NCBI GenBank assembly: GCA_040880235.1
Contig: JBBDIX010000073.1
Span: 7,392 to 71,391 of the forward strand
Direction: 5' to 3'
DNA length: 64,000 bases
Source of the DNA: Nitriliruptoraceae bacterium
GTDB taxonomy: Bacteria; Actinomycetota; Nitriliruptoria; Nitriliruptorales; Nitriliruptoraceae
Shown: positions 61,797-64,000 of the stretch, piece after piece
How the letters are laid out: the number at the start of each line of letters is the position of its first letter
Numbering within the stretch: position 1 is the first letter of the stretch
Made by a program: the position numbers and the translations under genes
Notes under the pieces: generated by a model
Databases searched by the model: none
What the model was told of the DNA's origin: nothing
The model's input: only the letters and a program-made list of their open reading frames with translations

Positions 61797-62702
61797 GTGC
61801 CGCACACGTTCGACGGCGTCTCCGACGTCGTCGCGGGCCTCGCATCCGTGGGCTACGTCGCCGACGAGGCGCTCGCGACCGTGGTGTTCCTCGCACGGCG
61901 ACTGGGCCGGCCGGTGCTGGTCGAGGGTCCGGCCGGGGTCGGCAAGACCGAACTCGCCCGTGCCGTCGCCACGATGTCGGACGCCCGGCTCGTGCGCCTG
62001 CAGTGTTACGAGGGTCTCGACGAGTCCCGGGCCCTGTACGAGTGGAACTATCGGCGTCAGCTCCTGCGGATCACGGCGGAGCAGGGCACCGGTGACGGTG
62101 ACACGCGGTGGCACGCCGTCGAGGACGACCTGTTCACCGAGGAGTACCTGCTCGAACGTCCGCTGCTGCACGCCCTGCGTGCCGAGGACGACGTCACGCT
62201 GCTCATCGACGAGATCGACAAGGTCGACGTCGAGTTCGAGGCACTGCTGCTCGAACTGCTCGACGAGTTTCAGGTCACGATCCCCGAACTCGGCACCATC
62301 GTGGCCGCCCGCCGGCCGTTCGTGGTGCTCACGTCGAACAGCACGCGGGAGCTGTCCGAGGCGCTGCGTCGCCGTTGCCTGTTCCTGTACCTCGATCATC
62401 CCGACCGGGAACGTGAACTGGCGATCGTGCGCCAACGGGTCCCCGAGGCCCCCGCGGCGATCGCCGAACAGGTCGTCGCGCTGGTCGCGTCGCTGCGCCG
62501 GCTCGACCTGCGACGGCCCCCATCCGTCGCGGAGACGCTCGACTGGGTCCGCACGCTCGTCGCCCTGGGCGTCGACACCCTCGACGGGGACGTCGCCCGG
62601 GCCACGCTCGGGGTCGTGCTCAAGTTCCGGACCGACATCGAGGTGGCCGACGCTCACCTGGCCGACACCCGATCGGCCGACGCCGACGTGGGTGACCGGT
62701 GA
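61797..62702 (+). CDS. MoxR-like AAA+ ATPase
   Basis: Diagnostic motifs are VLVEGPAGVGKTELARA (Walker A), LLIDEIDK (Walker B) and VVLTSNSTRELSEALRRRC. GTG start. Confidence 0.85.
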   Translation: MPHTFDGVSDVVAGLASVGYVADEALATVVFLARRLGRPVLVEGPAGVGKTELARAVATMSDARLVRLQCYEGLDESRALYEWNYRRQLLRITAEQGTGDGDTRWHAVEDDLFTEEYLLERPLLHALRAEDDVTLLIDEIDKVDVEFEALLLELLDEFQVTIPELGTIVAARRPFVVLTSNSTRELSEALRRRCLFLYLDHPDRERELAIVRQRVPEAPAAIAEQVVALVASLRRLDLRRPPSVAETLDWVRTLVALGVDTLDGDVARATLGVVLKFRTDIEVADAHLADTRSADADVGDR

Positions 62703-63952
62703 CCGACCACCCGGACCCGATGGCAGCCGACCGCCGGGTGCTCGTCGTCGCACTGGTGGCGATGGTGGTGTTCGTGTCGGTCGGGGTGGTCAGCGCCCAG
62801 CTGTTCGCCAGCTCGCCGTGCGGAGACCTCGCACCGTCACCGTCCCCGGTCGCCCCGACCGAGGTTCCGTCCGAGGCGTCAGCGTTCGAGGCGGTGCTGG
62901 GACCGACGTCTGGCGCGTGGGACGTCGGGTTCGCCGCCGACGGACTGGTCGAGGTGTTCGACGGCCGACTCGCGGTGACGGGACCGGGGATGCTCACGAT
63001 CGGTGCCGATGGCCCCGCCCGCGGGGTGCTCGCGGCGCCCGCTCGCGTCGTCGGCGGGGGCGACACGCTGTGGTCCATCGCCTGGATGAACGACCTGACG
63101 GGTCAGGTCGACGCGCTCGTGGCCATCGACGAGGACCTCGAGGTGGGCACGTGCGTCGACACGGCCGTGGTCGGGTCCCCGTTCGCGTTCCACCTCGACG
63201 CCGGCGACGGACAGCTGCTGCTGTTGCGCGTGGAGGAGGATGCCCGCGACCCCCTGCTGCAGTTGCGTGACCCCGTGCAGGGCAGCGTGTGGGAGGCGCA
63301 GGTGGCCGTACCGGTCGCGCCCCCCGGGATCCTCGCCGAGCGGGTCACGGGTCGCGCGGGCCCCGACACGGTCGTGACGGCGCGGCGCGTGCTCGACGGT
63401 GAGTCCGAGCCCGCCATCGCGGCACACGACCGGACGGACGGCGCCCTGCGGTGGAGCCTGGACATCGACGAGGCTGGCGTGCACCCACCTGCCTGGCTGC
63501 GTGTCCTCCACGTGGGTGCGTCGACGGCCGTCCTCGAGGAGGCCCTGGACACCCCGGAGGGCGGCGGTTCGGTGTTCTCGGTGTCCCTCGACGACGGCAG
63601 CGTGACGTGGCGCCTGCCGGTCGATCCCGGTGTCACCGTCGATGCCGTGATCGTGGTCGACGGTGACACCCACGTGGCGACCTCGGGCCCTGCCGGTGCA
63701 CGGGTGACCATCGTCGGTCCCGACGGGTCAGCCGGTCCTGCCCTCGCCCTGCCGGGATCCACGCCGGTGCTCGTCGACCTCGGGGACCTCGGGGCGCTCG
63801 CCAGCACCCGGGAGGCCTCCGCGCTCCTGGCCGGCGAGGTCCCGGTGATCGACGCAGGTGGGGTCGTGGCTGGGCGGGTGCACGGTGGGGTCGCGTGGCT
63901 CGTGCTGCGCCTGGACGGCGGCGACGTGCTGGTCGGATTCGACCGACCATGA
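62699..63952 (+). CDS. Hypothetical membrane-anchored extracytoplasmic protein (possible beta-propeller-like repeats)
   Basis: The GTG overlaps the MoxR stop. A TM segment (VLVVALVAMVVFVSVGVV) is followed by a roughly 370-aa domain with recurring DG..xW motifs (DGALRWSLDID, DGSVTWRLPVD). No family was recognised with certainty. Confidence 0.6.
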   Translation: MTDHPDPMAADRRVLVVALVAMVVFVSVGVVSAQLFASSPCGDLAPSPSPVAPTEVPSEASAFEAVLGPTSGAWDVGFAADGLVEVFDGRLAVTGPGMLTIGADGPARGVLAAPARVVGGGDTLWSIAWMNDLTGQVDALVAIDEDLEVGTCVDTAVVGSPFAFHLDAGDGQLLLLRVEEDARDPLLQLRDPVQGSVWEAQVAVPVAPPGILAERVTGRAGPDTVVTARRVLDGESEPAIAAHDRTDGALRWSLDIDEAGVHPPAWLRVLHVGASTAVLEEALDTPEGGGSVFSVSLDDGSVTWRLPVDPGVTVDAVIVVDGDTHVATSGPAGARVTIVGPDGSAGPALALPGSTPVLVDLGDLGALASTREASALLAGEVPVIDAGGVVAGRVHGGVAWLVLRLDGGDVLVGFDRP

Positions 63953-64000
63953 ACGCTGCGCCGGCGTTCGAGGCACTGCTCGCCCGGGTCCTCGACCTGC
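63949..64000 (+). CDS. 5' end of the next coupled ORF (MNAAPAFEALLARVLDL...), truncated by the window edge
   Basis: The ATG overlaps the upstream stop (ATGA). Only 17 codons are visible. A vWA/CoxE-type MoxR partner would be typical here but cannot be shown. Confidence 0.3.
   Translation, partial: MNAAPAFEALLARVLDL

Overview
Very GC-rich, densely coding actinobacterial chromosome segment; third codon positions are almost all G/C, which produces many long antisense shadow ORFs. The housekeeping backbone follows the gene order I know from Streptomyces-type and other high-GC actinobacteria: acyl-CoA carboxylase biotin-carboxylase subunit (partial), tandem glycine riboswitch-gcvP-gcvT, tRNA-Gly, tRNA-Pro, tig-clpP-clpX, valS-folC-ndk, mreB-mreC-mreD-PBP2-rodA, a radical-SAM pair followed by rne, then rplU-rpmA-obg-proB. 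Several accessory blocks interrupt it. (i) About 8.6-22.5 kb: a GNAT remnant, a 1609-aa doubly membrane-anchored repeat protein, a DUF4143 AAA ATPase, a His-rich CPH-type copper P-type ATPase with a CsoR-like operator, a DUF333 lipoprotein plus a P2-type cation ATPase, and a heliorhodopsin gene 30 nt upstream of an N-domain-less MgtE-type channel. (ii) A PLP dehydratase, a DUF2157 membrane protein and a coupled unknown between clpX and valS. (iii) A RadC-like JAB protein and an EAL-first/GAF/degenerate-GGDEF signalling protein between ndk and mreB. (iv) An ABC exporter pair plus an aldehyde dehydrogenase between rne and rplU. (v) An ArsR-controlled DsrE-TusA-MBL/rhodanese sulfur module, a quinone oxidoreductase, and a MoxR ATPase cluster at the right edge. 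I saw no transposase, integrase, CRISPR array or rRNA. The best candidate for something undescribed is the heliorhodopsin-MgtE pair, embedded in a cation-pump neighbourhood and preceded by a perfect 11-bp tandem repeat. All homology calls rest on motif recognition by eye, not on database searches.
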